From: Coraliomargaritaceae bacterium
Lineage (GTDB): Bacteria; Verrucomicrobiota; Verrucomicrobiia; Opitutales; Coraliomargaritaceae
Direction: 5' to 3'
Length of the DNA stretch: 64,000 nucleotides
Assembly (NCBI GenBank): GCA_965656495.1
Contig: CBFHKU010000001.1
Span: 274,781-338,780, forward strand
Below the pieces are notes generated by a model that did no database searches, had not been told where the DNA came from, and worked only from the letters and a program-made list of their open reading frames with translations. This document shows positions 30,286-39,988 of this stretch, piece after piece. The first letter of the stretch is position 1. Every line of letters starts with the position of its first letter. A program made the position numbers and the translations under genes.

Positions 30286-31542
30286 CTAAGAGGAAATCCG
30301 GAGGTAGATATAGCCGAGTGCCATGAGGGTAAAGAAGAGGAGACCGCTGGCACTGAGGATATTGAGGATGGGGCCGGGTCGGTGCTCAGGTGGGACGTTT
30401 TTACCGCGCATGACGCTCCAATTAATCGCGGCGAGGATGGGGGAGGTGAGGAAGGAGACAATCGCGGCAAAACTGAGGAGGGTGAGAAGGTTTTTGACGC
30501 AAAAGAGAACGATGAGGGCCGCGCCGGCGCAGCAGAGGAGGAGCCAGAGGGTTTGGAGGGATCGAAGGCGATTTTTTTGGGTGGGGGCGACAAGGGTACA
30601 GGCGGCGGCGAGGGAGCGGGGGTAACCGTCAATGCAGGTCAGGCTGGTACTGAACATGGTGGCAAAGGCGGCACCGAGGATGAGCCAACGGGACCATTCG
30701 CCGATGGTCTCGGTATAGAGGGTGACCAGTTGCTGGGAGAATGCCACGCCGCCGGTGGCAAGGGGTTGAGTGCTGCCAAAAAGGACAAGGGCACCCAGCG
30801 CTAGAAAACAAACTGCGAGCACGGTGGTCATGCCGTAGCCTAGGAAAAAATCGAATTGGGCTTCGCGAACGGTGGCGGGATGCCCGGTTTGTTTTTCACG
30901 ACTGAACATCCAAAGGGAGGACCAGACGGAGAGGTCGACCGGGGCGGGCATCCATCCGAGGAGGCTGATGAGAAATGCGAAGCTGGCCCAAGTGTAGGGA
31001 TTGGGCGCGGTTTGGATAGCGGCGGTTTCGGGTTGGTTCAGAAATGCGAGGAATACGGCGGCAAAGGTACCGAGGGCGAGCAGGAAGATGAGGGTTTTAG
31101 CGAGGCCGTCGAGGAGGCGGTAGTGACCCAGAAGGATAAGGGCGAGGCAAAGGGCGATGACGCCGAGGGTAAGGGTGGAGACGCTCAGCGCAATGCCGCA
31201 CCCGGCGAGGAGGGCCCCCGCGAGCATACTGACGGCGGCGATGTTGATGGTGCCGGTAAGGATGTTGATGCCGAGAAAGACCCACACACAGGCGGGGCTT
31301 TTACGGTAGTAGCCGTCGAGAAGGCTTTCACCGGTCGCGGCGGCGTAGCGTTGCCCATAGAGGAAGAAGGGCATTTTGAGGAGATTGGCAGCGAGGATGA
31401 GCCAGAGGAGCGTCCAGCCGAACTCGGCACCGGCACGGGTGGACCAGACGAGGTGCGAACCGCCAATCGCGGCACAGGCGACAAGGAGGCCCGGGCCGAG
31501 GGCTTTGCGCAGATTAGAGGTAACAGGGGTCTTTTTTTCCAC
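30286..31542 (-). CDS. NRAMP-like divalent cation transporter
   Basis: LGPGLLVACAAIGGSHL, GWMPAP, ~11 TM segments. Confidence 0.85.
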   Translation of the reverse strand: MEKKTPVTSNLRKALGPGLLVACAAIGGSHLVWSTRAGAEFGWTLLWLILAANLLKMPFFLYGQRYAAATGESLLDGYYRKSPACVWVFLGINILTGTINIAAVSMLAGALLAGCGIALSVSTLTLGVIALCLALILLGHYRLLDGLAKTLIFLLALGTFAAVFLAFLNQPETAAIQTAPNPYTWASFAFLISLLGWMPAPVDLSVWSSLWMFSREKQTGHPATVREAQFDFFLGYGMTTVLAVCFLALGALVLFGSTQPLATGGVAFSQQLVTLYTETIGEWSRWLILGAAFATMFSTSLTCIDGYPRSLAAACTLVAPTQKNRLRSLQTLWLLLCCAGAALIVLFCVKNLLTLLSFAAIVSFLTSPILAAINWSVMRGKNVPPEHRPGPILNILSASGLLFFTLMALGYIYLRISS

Positions 31543-31562
31543 TGGGGATTACGTTTTGAGTT

Positions 31563-32849
31563 TTAGACAAGTTCGGCAATGGAGCCAAAATCGGCATGGA
31601 AGAGTCGTTTGTAAGTGCGGACTGCTTGCCCGTCGGTCAGGCCGGCTAGGTAATCGCAGAGGCGGCGTTTACGTGCCTTGGGATTGGTTTCGGCATCGAG
31701 GAGGGCCTGAACCGGAGCGGGTAATATATTGAGGCCGGACTTCCCGTTTTGTAGGCATTGCGCCTCCAGGGCACGGTAGGTTTTTTCGAGGATGTGACCG
31801 CCCTTGAATTCGATTTGCTGAAGTTGGGTGGAGCGAAAGATGAGGTCGAGGGCAAGGGATTTGTAGAGTTTGCTCTCAGTGACGACTTCCGGGTCGATTT
31901 CCAATTGGAGGGCGTGGCGATTGGTTTGCTCGCTAAGGGTGCCGCTGCGCGGGGTGAGGGAACAGGCATGAACGAAATGACCGATGCGGGCTCCGAAGTA
32001 AGGCTCGTAGCGGTTTTCACGAATGACGGTGCGCAGGGTTTCAAGGAGGGTTTCTTCGGCTTCGCTCAAATTCTGATTGGCGGCCCATTCGGCGATACTG
32101 CCAATGGTGAGATAGCGGGCATGGATGCCGTCCACGATGTCGTGGAGCGAGTAGGCGGTGTCGTCAGCCCAATCCATAATCTGGCATTCGATGCTCTTGA
32201 ATTGGTTGAGGGCCTTGGGTTCCTGGAGTTCTGAGGGGAGTTCGCTGCGGTTGAGGATGGTGTCTCGCCAGTTTACTTGCTCGTCATAGATGAAATGGTT
32301 TTTGGGAGGGGTGCCATCGCGGGTGATCCACTCGGATTGGAGGGCTTTGTATTTCATGACGCCATCGAGGAAGGCGCGGGTCGGGGCGATGCCCTTGGTG
32401 CGACCGGGGCGTTCGTAGATGAGTTCGGTCAGGATGCGGAGGGTTTGGGCGTTGCCCTCGAAGCCGCCGGAGTCCGCCATCAATTCATTGAGTTTGCGCT
32501 CGCCGATATGTCCAAAGGGTGGGTGGCCCAGGTCGTGAGCGAGGCCAATCGCCTCGGTGAGGTCGGCATCGATGTAGAAATCCTCGCGCAGGAGGGGGGA
32601 GCGGGCGCGGAGGTATTCGCAAATGGAGCGGCTGATTTTGGCGACTTCGATCGAGTGGGTCAGGCGGGTGCGGTAGAAATCGTATTCGCCGGACTGAAAG
32701 ACCTGAGTTTTGGATTGGAGACGACGGAAGGGGTAAGAAAAGATGATGCGGTCGCGCTCCACCTGAAAGGGGTTGCGATAATCGGTGTCGGATATATCCG
32801 TCGGCGGGAAGCGCTCGAGGTCAAAGTCGTTATAGAAGTTATTGGGCAT
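31563..32849 (-). CDS. dgt: dNTP triphosphohydrolase (dGTPase)
   Basis: [45 protein letters not shown]. Confidence 0.95.
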   Translation of the reverse strand: MPNNFYNDFDLERFPPTDISDTDYRNPFQVERDRIIFSYPFRRLQSKTQVFQSGEYDFYRTRLTHSIEVAKISRSICEYLRARSPLLREDFYIDADLTEAIGLAHDLGHPPFGHIGERKLNELMADSGGFEGNAQTLRILTELIYERPGRTKGIAPTRAFLDGVMKYKALQSEWITRDGTPPKNHFIYDEQVNWRDTILNRSELPSELQEPKALNQFKSIECQIMDWADDTAYSLHDIVDGIHARYLTIGSIAEWAANQNLSEAEETLLETLRTVIRENRYEPYFGARIGHFVHACSLTPRSGTLSEQTNRHALQLEIDPEVVTESKLYKSLALDLIFRSTQLQQIEFKGGHILEKTYRALEAQCLQNGKSGLNILPAPVQALLDAETNPKARKRRLCDYLAGLTDGQAVRTYKRLFHADFGSIAELV

Positions 32850-32903
32850 GGGCTGTACTTCTGCTTGTCAATTGAACCATATCTTGGGATGCTTTTGTTC
32901 ATC

Positions 32904-33527
32904 ATGAAAGCCTCAATCACACCACCCACACGATTTTTACTGATTTTTGTCTGCCTCTTGTCGAGCTGGCTGCCAAGTTTGCAAGCACGGATTGGGGAGA
33001 GTCAAAGCACGATTGAGGCGCGCCTCTTTCGTTCCGGCGGGATTGTTTATCGGGATGATGCGACGGAATTGAACCGTCAGCGGGGCATGCCCTATGTGCC
33101 CCATTTGGAACTGATGCCAGACGTGCGTGTGCGGATCTATTTTAAGAGCGCGGATGGTAGCAAACCGAAGTCCTCAGACATGGATCCGAAGCGGTCATCG
33201 CCCGGATGGGACATTCACGTGCTTTATCTCGGGGGACGCTCGGTGATGGAGGTTTATAAGCGCAGCTCTGGCATGACGAAAGTGGAATACAACCAACTGT
33301 TGAAGTTGCAGGCGGGTGGTTCGTATTGGAAAAAGCTGGGACGTCCGGCAGAGGGCGAGAAGCGTTTGTCGATCTTTGGCTGTGATATGGAGCGCGATGA
33401 CGGCTTGGTGCGTGCGAAGGGCGGGGGTTCGCTTTTATTGGTCACCCGTGAATTGGATGAGGAATTGGCGCGCCGGAAGGCGCAGCAGGAGGAAGCGGAC
33501 GCGCCCACAAGCCTCATGGGTTTCTGA
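32904..33527 (+). CDS. Exported hypothetical protein
   Basis: Signal peptide ending LQA-RIGES; realistic start at ATG 32904, divergent from dgt. Confidence 0.7.
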   Translation: MKASITPPTRFLLIFVCLLSSWLPSLQARIGESQSTIEARLFRSGGIVYRDDATELNRQRGMPYVPHLELMPDVRVRIYFKSADGSKPKSSDMDPKRSSPGWDIHVLYLGGRSVMEVYKRSSGMTKVEYNQLLKLQAGGSYWKKLGRPAEGEKRLSIFGCDMERDDGLVRAKGGGSLLLVTRELDEELARRKAQQEEADAPTSLMGF

Positions 33528-33609
33528 TTTTCTAGCGCCAACGGTCGCGAAATGAACTTGGGGGTTGAAAAATCCCTCAAGGCGAACTGTGTAGTGTGTA
33601 TAAGATATT

Positions 33610-35076
33610 ATGGCGAAGGACTGGCTAGATGGTATTGATGACAATTACGACGTGGTGGTGGTAGGCTCCGGTTTGGGCGGCCTGACCAGCGCCAATTATC
33701 TCGCCAAGAATGGGCACAAGGTTTTGTTGCTGGAGCACCACTACCAATTCGGGGGCTTGGCGACCTGGTTCAAGCGCCCCGGGGGTCACATCTTTGATAT
33801 CTCGCTGCACGGTTTTCCCTATGGGATGGTGAAATCCTGCCGCAAATACTGGACACGCGAGATCGCCGACTCCATCCACCAGCTTAAGGACGTGCGATTC
33901 ATCAACCCTCAGATGGATGTTTGGACGACCTTTGACCGGGAGGACTTCACGCGGATTTTGGTGGAGGATTTCGGGATTGAGCGCGAAAAGGTGGAAGGGT
34001 TCTACGCGCACCTCGCGCAAATGAATTTCTACGATGAAAATACCCAGACCACCGGTGAAATGTTTGAGGAATTTTTCCCGGGCCGGAGCGATGTGCACCG
34101 GTTATTGATGGAGCCGATTTCGTATGCAAACGGTTCGCACCTGAATGATCCCGCCATCACCTACGGTATTGTTTTTTCGAACTTCATGAACAAGGGGGTC
34201 TTCACCTTCCAGGGAGGGACGGATACCTTGATCAAGAAGATGGTGGCGGAGTTGAAGGCGAACGGTTGCGAGGTGCGCAAATGCGCTTTGGTCGAAGGCC
34301 TTGATATTAAAGACGGTGAAGTGGTCGGGGTCCGCGCCCGCAGTCAAAACACCGGGGAGGAAACCTTTCCCACGCGGCACATCGCAACACGGGCAGTGCT
34401 CTCTAACGCCAATATCCGCAATACCATCGAGCACCTCGCGGGTGAGGAAAATTTCAGCCCGGAATTTCTGGCAGCGGCGAAGGCGGTCCGCAACAACACC
34501 AGTTCCTGTCAAGTCTATATGGGGATTAAAAAAGGCGAAACGATACCCAATATCGGCGACCTTGTTTTTACCTCGGCGGCACCGGAATACTCCATCGCGG
34601 AGTTGACTTCGATCAAGACAACCAGTCACACCTTCTCGGTTTATTACCCTGAAACACGTCCACATTTAAAGGAACCGCGTTACGCCGTAGTGGCTTCATT
34701 GAATGCGCGCTGGGACGAATGGGCCGCGCTCACTGAGGCGGAGTATCAACGCGAGAAAGCACGTTTGTGTGAGGAATGTCTGGAAAGTTTGGAACGCTTC
34801 ATTCCGGGGGTGCGTGATAAAATCGATCATATTGAAGCGGCGACGCCCCGCACCGTGAATCATTATACCAAATCGATGCAGGGCACCTCCTTTGGAACGA
34901 AATTTGAAGGGTTGAAAGTTTCCATGGATTTACCGGAACAGGTGAAGGGTCTTTATCACGCCGGATCGGTAGGGATCATTATGTCCGGCTGGCTGGGCTC
35001 CATGAACTATGGAGTGATCATCGCCAACAAACTCGATAAGTATTTATACGAAACCCGGACTGCGTTAACGCCCTAA
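33610..35076 (+). CDS. Phytoene desaturase-like FAD-dependent oxidoreductase
   Basis: [41 protein letters not shown]. Confidence 0.9.
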   Translation: MAKDWLDGIDDNYDVVVVGSGLGGLTSANYLAKNGHKVLLLEHHYQFGGLATWFKRPGGHIFDISLHGFPYGMVKSCRKYWTREIADSIHQLKDVRFINPQMDVWTTFDREDFTRILVEDFGIEREKVEGFYAHLAQMNFYDENTQTTGEMFEEFFPGRSDVHRLLMEPISYANGSHLNDPAITYGIVFSNFMNKGVFTFQGGTDTLIKKMVAELKANGCEVRKCALVEGLDIKDGEVVGVRARSQNTGEETFPTRHIATRAVLSNANIRNTIEHLAGEENFSPEFLAAAKAVRNNTSSCQVYMGIKKGETIPNIGDLVFTSAAPEYSIAELTSIKTTSHTFSVYYPETRPHLKEPRYAVVASLNARWDEWAALTEAEYQREKARLCEECLESLERFIPGVRDKIDHIEAATPRTVNHYTKSMQGTSFGTKFEGLKVSMDLPEQVKGLYHAGSVGIIMSGWLGSMNYGVIIANKLDKYLYETRTALTP

Positions 35077-35144
35077 GTTTTTATTAGAGGACATTGGATA
35101 ATTTTTAGTGGCGCTGCCGGTTGCGGAGTAGAAGCCTTGCAATG

Positions 35145-35209
35145 GCAAAATGCGGAGCGGGGTGACCCGGGGCGTCAGTCCCCGAGTTGAGCCGCGCGAC
35201 TGGTTCTAC
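35145..35209 (-). other. attC site (terminal, degenerate R')
   Basis: Minus strand GTAGAAC-CAGTCGCGCGGCTCAAC...CCCCGCTCCGC-ATTTTGC; the R'' box contains the stop codon of the upstream gene. Confidence 0.7.
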
Positions 35210-35658
35210 TCCATTTCTTCACCTAAACCTTCGAGGTCAGCGAGATCTTTCAGTCGACCGCTGCTTCGCTTGTTTTTAACTAAGTCTTCGTAAGCCAGAA
35301 ATGGTATGGCTATACCATCCGCTTCGATTTGTATTCTGTTTTCGTAGCTGTTCGAGAAATCAATGCCTGTGGCTTCTGTTATAACTTCAATTCTCATCGG
35401 TGGTGTCCCCATCCTGAAAGCATTTCCCTTTTCTTTGAAGAAGTCCTTTGAGATACCAGATGGAACACCAAACTCGACTAAGGATTCAATCAGTCCATCC
35501 ACGTTTTCATCTTCAGTGCCAATCCAAATGTCCATATCGCCCGTTGCGCGAACATAGCCATGGACTCCCAGTGCCCAGCCTCCAACGATTAAGTATCTAA
35601 CTTGCTTCTCGTTTAAGATACTCAGGAAATCTCTGAAGTCGTCCGGTAGATGCCGCAT
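35206..35658 (-). CDS. Nucleotidyltransferase (DUF6036-like), TA-type cassette gene
   Basis: YLIVGGWALGVHGYVRATGDMDI, NKRSSGRLKDLADL. Confidence 0.88.
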   Translation of the reverse strand: MRHLPDDFRDFLSILNEKQVRYLIVGGWALGVHGYVRATGDMDIWIGTEDENVDGLIESLVEFGVPSGISKDFFKEKGNAFRMGTPPMRIEVITEATGIDFSNSYENRIQIEADGIAIPFLAYEDLVKNKRSSGRLKDLADLEGLGEEME

Positions 35659-35797
35659 CGCCCCAAAATGCTTCTCTCAATTGCTGAACGCAAGCCAACC
35701 TTTCCTTCATGGTGAGCTGAGAGCAGTCCTTTCGATAGGCTGATTCAGATGAACTCTGCCTGCTAAATTCAATCTGTAGATTCCGTCTTTTCTCCAT
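35597..35797 (-). CDS. Small partner protein of the nucleotidyltransferase
   Basis: 66 aa, LTMKERLACVQQLRE; directly upstream of and overlapping the NTase. Confidence 0.6.
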   Translation of the reverse strand: MEKRRNLQIEFSRQSSSESAYRKDCSQLTMKERLACVQQLREAFWGDAASTGRLQRFPEYLKREAS

Positions 35798-35879
35798 CGT
35801 TCATTGGACGATAGCTGATCAATATTGGGAGTCTACCAAAATGTGAATCATCGCTTGCTTTGAAAGCGTCCATTTTCTT

Positions 35880-35908
35880 GTAGAACGTCAATAGTAGCTT
35901 GTTTCTAC
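35880..35908 (-). other. Internally deleted attC site
   Basis: Minus strand GTAGAAAC-AAGCTACTATTGAC-GTTCTAC: both ends present, central hairpin missing. Confidence 0.55.
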
Positions 35909-35977
35909 AGCATGGATGATTGAGTTCACCGATAAAGCGGGAAGCTAGAGGAAGGTGAGGAACTTTATTCTTTTTTC

Positions 35978-36033
35978 AGCCAACGTCAGAGGAGTGGCGC
36001 GCCTACGGCGTTGCCTCAAGCGACTTGTTCTGC
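35978..36033 (-). other. attC site
   Basis: GCAGAAC-AAGTCGCTTGAGGCAACGCCGTAGGCGCGCCACTCCTCTGAC-GTTGGCT. Confidence 0.88.
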
Positions 36034-36034
36034 T

Positions 36035-36598
36035 TTAGTTTTTGATTAGGCGGATGATGCCCCAAACCATTAGGGCAATCAAGGAAATGGAAATGTAGAA
36101 GAACTTGATCGCTAAAATCGGGATTGCTATCGCAATGAACATCAAGTTTCCCAGCAGTGGAGTCCAGAAATTTGGATTCCGTGGCTCTACCCACTCAATA
36201 TTCTGTATTCCTTTTCCTTTGATAGCATCTAGGAAGGCAGTCTTCGTAAAGGGGCCAAGCGGTTCGTTTGTCGTCTTCGGAATCAAAAAATACCATTCTT
36301 TACCGTAGTCGACATTTTCAAAAGTGTCGCCCTCGAAAAGATCCCTGAGAACCCTACCGGCATTCTTGGTGAGAATAAACTCACTCTTCATATCGTAGGC
36401 AACGACAGGCCCGACCTCGGCAAAGTCTTGCGGATACAGAATAAGACTCCCGCCAGTTTGTCCTATACATACCTCCATGCTATTGGCGCGAAAAATCATG
36501 TAGCCATCGCCAATGTCAAGGCTGTAATCATTCCAGCCGGTGGCATGGGCACTGCCTGAAATAGACACCAAGGCGAGAATGGCTAAGATTCGATTCAT
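36035..36598 (-). CDS. Cassette-encoded exported/membrane protein (DUF3997-like)
   Basis: Signal peptide, WNDYSLDIGDGYMIFRANS, C-terminal TM helices; start just after GTT core, stop just before the next attC. Confidence 0.75.
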   Translation of the reverse strand: MNRILAILALVSISGSAHATGWNDYSLDIGDGYMIFRANSMEVCIGQTGGSLILYPQDFAEVGPVVAYDMKSEFILTKNAGRVLRDLFEGDTFENVDYGKEWYFLIPKTTNEPLGPFTKTAFLDAIKGKGIQNIEWVEPRNPNFWTPLLGNLMFIAIAIPILAIKFFYISISLIALMVWGIIRLIKN

Positions 36599-36606
36599 TT
36601 TCTTTC

Positions 36607-36664
36607 GCAGAACGCGAAGGTGACTCACGCGCGGTAGCGCGTTGAGTCCACCGCCTTGTTGGTC
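36607..36664 (-). other. attC site
   Basis: GACCAAC-AAGGCGGTGGACTCAACGCGCTACCGCGCGTGAGTCACCTTCGC-GTTCTGC; near-perfect hairpin with extrahelical bases. Confidence 0.92.
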
Positions 36665-36711
36665 ATTGTTTTTTATAGGGCTGAGATGCTCAAATGGCGA
36701 GCAAGCTTTTC

Positions 36712-36747
36712 TTGACGACGCGTGTCGCATGATTTATGACACTCGTC
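36712..36747 (+). promoter_or_regulatory. Methyltransferase promoter overlapped by two GACN4GTC sites
   Basis: TTGACG (36712) - 17 bp - TATGAC (36735); GACGCGTGTC at 36717-36726 and GACACTCGTC at 36738-36747. Confidence 0.65.
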
Positions 36748-38439
36748 ATGATGAAAAAGCTCATAAATCCAGTGCTCCAAACCTTGCGCCAGACGCTAGA
36801 AGACAAATTCTTCTACAAGGCTTCAGGCTTCGATGGTCGCACGAAGATTCTCACGATTGGCGAAGACCACGGAGGCACCCGCGACAACGCACTTTGCTTC
36901 GAGGTTTACGCTGGGGCTCCATTCGTTCTCTTTGTGGCGTTCGGTGCCGAAGCTACGAAAATGCTTCGGCAGTGCGCTTTCGACTATGCCTTGGGGACAG
37001 AAACCATCGGAACTGTGGCTTTCTTCGATCAAGAAACAGAGGATTTCGAGGCATTTAGAAGACGCTTTCGCGATAGTGAGTTCGAAGCCGTTAAAGGCAT
37101 CGAATACTACTACAAAGGTTCTGCAGGTGGTGAGATGCGCTTGTTCGAAGATTCTGGCGAATACAAAATGAAAGGCGAACGCGAAGATTCAAAGCTCATT
37201 CCGATCACCAATAAGCTTGAAGACCTTTTCTTCGAAATTCACTCGGTAATGCGGGATATCGACGGGCTTCACGCCGATGCCGCACTAGAAGAACTCTGCA
37301 AGCTCCTCTACCTGAAATCTCATCTTGAGGAGCAAGTGGGCAGTCTGCCTTTTTCTCCCGTCAAGACTTCGTCGTTCGGAACAGTAGAAGAATATGCGTC
37401 TTGTCTCAGAGGGCTATACCGAGAGGCCATAGATTATGATCTTCGAGTGTATCGGCTAAAAATTCCAGAATATGAACGTTCGCGAGGTGTGTTCAATCTG
37501 CCGATCTTTCTTTCAAGTGCGGCTCTAGTTAAAGCTTTTCAGCAAATTGAAGACTTTTCACTCTCTCGAACGGATGCCGATCTTAAGGGACGGGCATTCC
37601 AAAAGGTCCTCACGAAATCAGTGCGGTCAGGCATGGGTCAATACTTCACGCCAGTGCCAGTTTGCCGTTTGATGGTCGGCATCACTAGCCCATCAAGTTC
37701 AGATCTCGTGCTTGATCCTTTCTGCGGTTCAGGCCACTTCCTAACCGAGTCTCTTGCTCACGTGAGGCATTCTGCATCAGATCACACAAAGGAGTATCAT
37801 GAATTCGCATTCGGAAAGCTGCACGGCATCGAAAAGAGTGACCGAATGACTCGGGTAGCCATGACCGATATGCGATTGAATGGAGATGGCCATTCAAACA
37901 TTCGATGCACCGATGCCCTTTTGGAATTCCGCAACTACCCCGATATCAAGCCCGATAGTTTCGATCTAATTCTTACGAATCCACCCTTTGGATCAATTCT
38001 TGGGGTGGAGGCATTTTCTGCTCTTGGGCATTTCGAGCTTTCTGAGAATCGGAAAAAGGTTCCTCTCGAAATCGTAGGACTAGAGCGAGCAATTCAGTTC
38101 CTGCGACCTGGTGGGCGTATTGGAATCGTCCTTCCAGAGAGTGTCTTCAGTGCCGAATCTTGTAGGCACGTTAGAGAATGGCTTTCGAATCATCTCGCAA
38201 TTCGTATTGTGATCGATCTTCCAAACGAGACATTCGCGCCCTTCGGTGCCAACGTTCGAAGCGGGGTGCTTTTTGGACGGAAGCTTAGGCCGGGTGAAAA
38301 AGCTGAGCCGAAGGCCAGGGTTTGCATGATTCGAATTGATAGCCTTGGATACGATGCATCTGGCAGAGACACAGGTGGCTCGGAAGCAGAAGAGGCCGTC
38401 AAGGTAGCATCGGACTTTCTTAGAAAGGAGGGTTGGTAA
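36748..38439 (+). CDS. HsdM-like N6-adenine DNA methyltransferase (M subunit)
   Basis: GQYFTP, DPFCGSGHFL (motif I), NPPFG (motif IV), IVLPES. Confidence 0.93.
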   Translation: MMKKLINPVLQTLRQTLEDKFFYKASGFDGRTKILTIGEDHGGTRDNALCFEVYAGAPFVLFVAFGAEATKMLRQCAFDYALGTETIGTVAFFDQETEDFEAFRRRFRDSEFEAVKGIEYYYKGSAGGEMRLFEDSGEYKMKGEREDSKLIPITNKLEDLFFEIHSVMRDIDGLHADAALEELCKLLYLKSHLEEQVGSLPFSPVKTSSFGTVEEYASCLRGLYREAIDYDLRVYRLKIPEYERSRGVFNLPIFLSSAALVKAFQQIEDFSLSRTDADLKGRAFQKVLTKSVRSGMGQYFTPVPVCRLMVGITSPSSSDLVLDPFCGSGHFLTESLAHVRHSASDHTKEYHEFAFGKLHGIEKSDRMTRVAMTDMRLNGDGHSNIRCTDALLEFRNYPDIKPDSFDLILTNPPFGSILGVEAFSALGHFELSENRKKVPLEIVGLERAIQFLRPGGRIGIVLPESVFSAESCRHVREWLSNHLAIRIVIDLPNETFAPFGANVRSGVLFGRKLRPGEKAEPKARVCMIRIDSLGYDASGRDTGGSEAEEAVKVASDFLRKEGW

Positions 38440-39101
38440 TGAAAACTAGAACTATATTGGTCTCTGACCTCTTAGAAGTTGGAAAATGGAGAGCTGATCT
38501 CCACGTTCATTCGGACTCAGAGATCAAATCCGATCGCTTCGAACTACTTGCAATCGGCGAGATAGTCGTTGAGTCTAAGCAAGCAACAGACCCTGCCGAC
38601 GTAGATGGACAGTTTTACTACATCGGACTTGAACATGTTGAACCTGTCACTGGCGATGGTAACGGGATTGAACTTGTTACAGCGGAAAGTGTTCGATCTC
38701 GGTCGAAAATGTTCGAGGAGGGCGACATTCTCTATGGACGACTTCGTCCCTATCTCAGGAAAGCGTTCTTCGTGGAAGGGCTTTACAAGCGAGGACTCTG
38801 CTCGACAGAGTTCGTCGTCTTAAAACCAAAAAAGGACATGATTCTCCCGCTATTCCTTCGAGAAGTCCTAGTGTCTGATATGGTGACTGAACTCGTTACG
38901 CGAATGCAAGGAGGCGCGGCACTCCCTCGAATCTCGTCGAAGGATCTATTAGGTATTAAGGTTCCAGTTCCGCCTTTGTCCTACCAAAAGGAGTGTGTTG
39001 CTAAGATCGAGAAGGCTCGGACTCAGCGCCATGAACTGTTGCAAAGGATCGAAGCACTATCAAAAGAAGGGAGTCGGGTTGTTGAGGAGGTATTCTCGTA
39101 G
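38439..39101 (+). CDS. Half-size HsdS-like specificity subunit (single TRD)
   Basis: GDILYGRLRPYLRK, CSTEFVVL, VPVPPLSYQ then helix; ~220 aa; AGGAGG RBS, coupled to M. Confidence 0.88.
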   Translation: MKTRTILVSDLLEVGKWRADLHVHSDSEIKSDRFELLAIGEIVVESKQATDPADVDGQFYYIGLEHVEPVTGDGNGIELVTAESVRSRSKMFEEGDILYGRLRPYLRKAFFVEGLYKRGLCSTEFVVLKPKKDMILPLFLREVLVSDMVTELVTRMQGGAALPRISSKDLLGIKVPVPPLSYQKECVAKIEKARTQRHELLQRIEALSKEGSRVVEEVFS

Positions 39102-39115
39102 TCCAGTCAACACAT

Positions 39116-39910
39116 TCACTTGATGGCTTTTGCGACTCTCGGAAAGTTCCTCGCCATGAAATCGATGAAACGGGCTTTCGTAGCGTCTGACTCATATTCC
39201 CGTTTGAGGATTTCCTTACCCCTGCTGCCACGTGAACCTAGCATTCTCAAAAGCCCGCCGAAGTTTGCGGCATAGGAGACTCCCGATCCTCTGGCAGACT
39301 CAGGCCCAGTTCTCCTTTCGCGGATGCCCGAAGCATTAAGCGGTTCGCCTTTATGGGCACCGTCTTTGACAAAGGTTCCTCCGCGTTCTAGGTGCAGCAC
39401 ATCTCTTAGCTCAGCGATTGGCAGAGCATAGCCGACGAAGTAGTCTAAGATTGCAGGGTAAACATTTTTTGAGCCTTTTTTGTGTTGCGTCCAATCCCAG
39501 AGAAAAACCGCAAGCAGTTCGTTGTGAGCGAACTCGTGCTGAAGTCGGTCAAAATGGGCCTTTGATTCGTCCGCCGAAGCAACCATGGATTTAACTTCAA
39601 TTCGGAACAACTCGCCTTTTTTTGATACAGGATCCCAGTCCCCGTCTGTCAGAACACAAGCGAAATCATTATATTCGTGTCCATAGATCCAGCCAAGCTC
39701 GTAGTCGATGCCGTCTTCAGCCTTCAGAATTCGATTTACCTGAAATCCCCATAACGCTTCGACCACACTACCCATGCCGCTCCCGATGCGGCCTCCTCGC
39801 GTCACAAACATTTTTCGCGTGAAGGCATTTACGGCATCAATCGCTGAATGCGTGCTTGTGATTACTTTTTCAGCAGCTGAGTGCGCGTGGTCTGTAGGTT
39901 TGTCTGGCAT
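39116..39910 (-). CDS. Putative PD-(D/E)XK restriction endonuclease
   Basis: GSVVEALW...YNDFAC...IEVKSM pattern; convergent with M-S inside the same cassette. Confidence 0.7.
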   Translation of the reverse strand: MPDKPTDHAHSAAEKVITSTHSAIDAVNAFTRKMFVTRGGRIGSGMGSVVEALWGFQVNRILKAEDGIDYELGWIYGHEYNDFACVLTDGDWDPVSKKGELFRIEVKSMVASADESKAHFDRLQHEFAHNELLAVFLWDWTQHKKGSKNVYPAILDYFVGYALPIAELRDVLHLERGGTFVKDGAHKGEPLNASGIRERRTGPESARGSGVSYAANFGGLLRMLGSRGSRGKEILKREYESDATKARFIDFMARNFPRVAKAIK

Positions 39911-39928
39911 TTGTGTCTTCTATTTTTT

Positions 39929-39988
39929 GCCCAACGTCAAAGCTCAGGCGCGCGGCTTGTCCGCGTTGCCTGCAGCGTCTTGTTCGGA
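39929..39988 (-). other. attC site
   Basis: TCCGAAC-AAGACGCTGCAGGCAACGCGGACAAGCCGCGCGCCTGAGCTTTGAC-GTTGGGC. Confidence 0.92.

Noticed and set aside
32277..32903. N-terminal 209 aa of the 416-aa ORF
   Set aside because: Antisense to dgt; the real gene most likely starts at 32904 with a signal peptide.
33610..35076. Carotenoid gene crtI
   Set aside because: No crtB/crtE/crtY nearby and the sequence is only family-level similar; symbol withheld.
36599..36730. N-terminal extension of the 231-aa ORF
   Set aside because: Runs through an attC site; the cassette gene starts at 36598.
36748..39101. Classical Type I R-M system
   Set aside because: No HsdR helicase, S has a single TRD, and a separate small nuclease-like gene is present.
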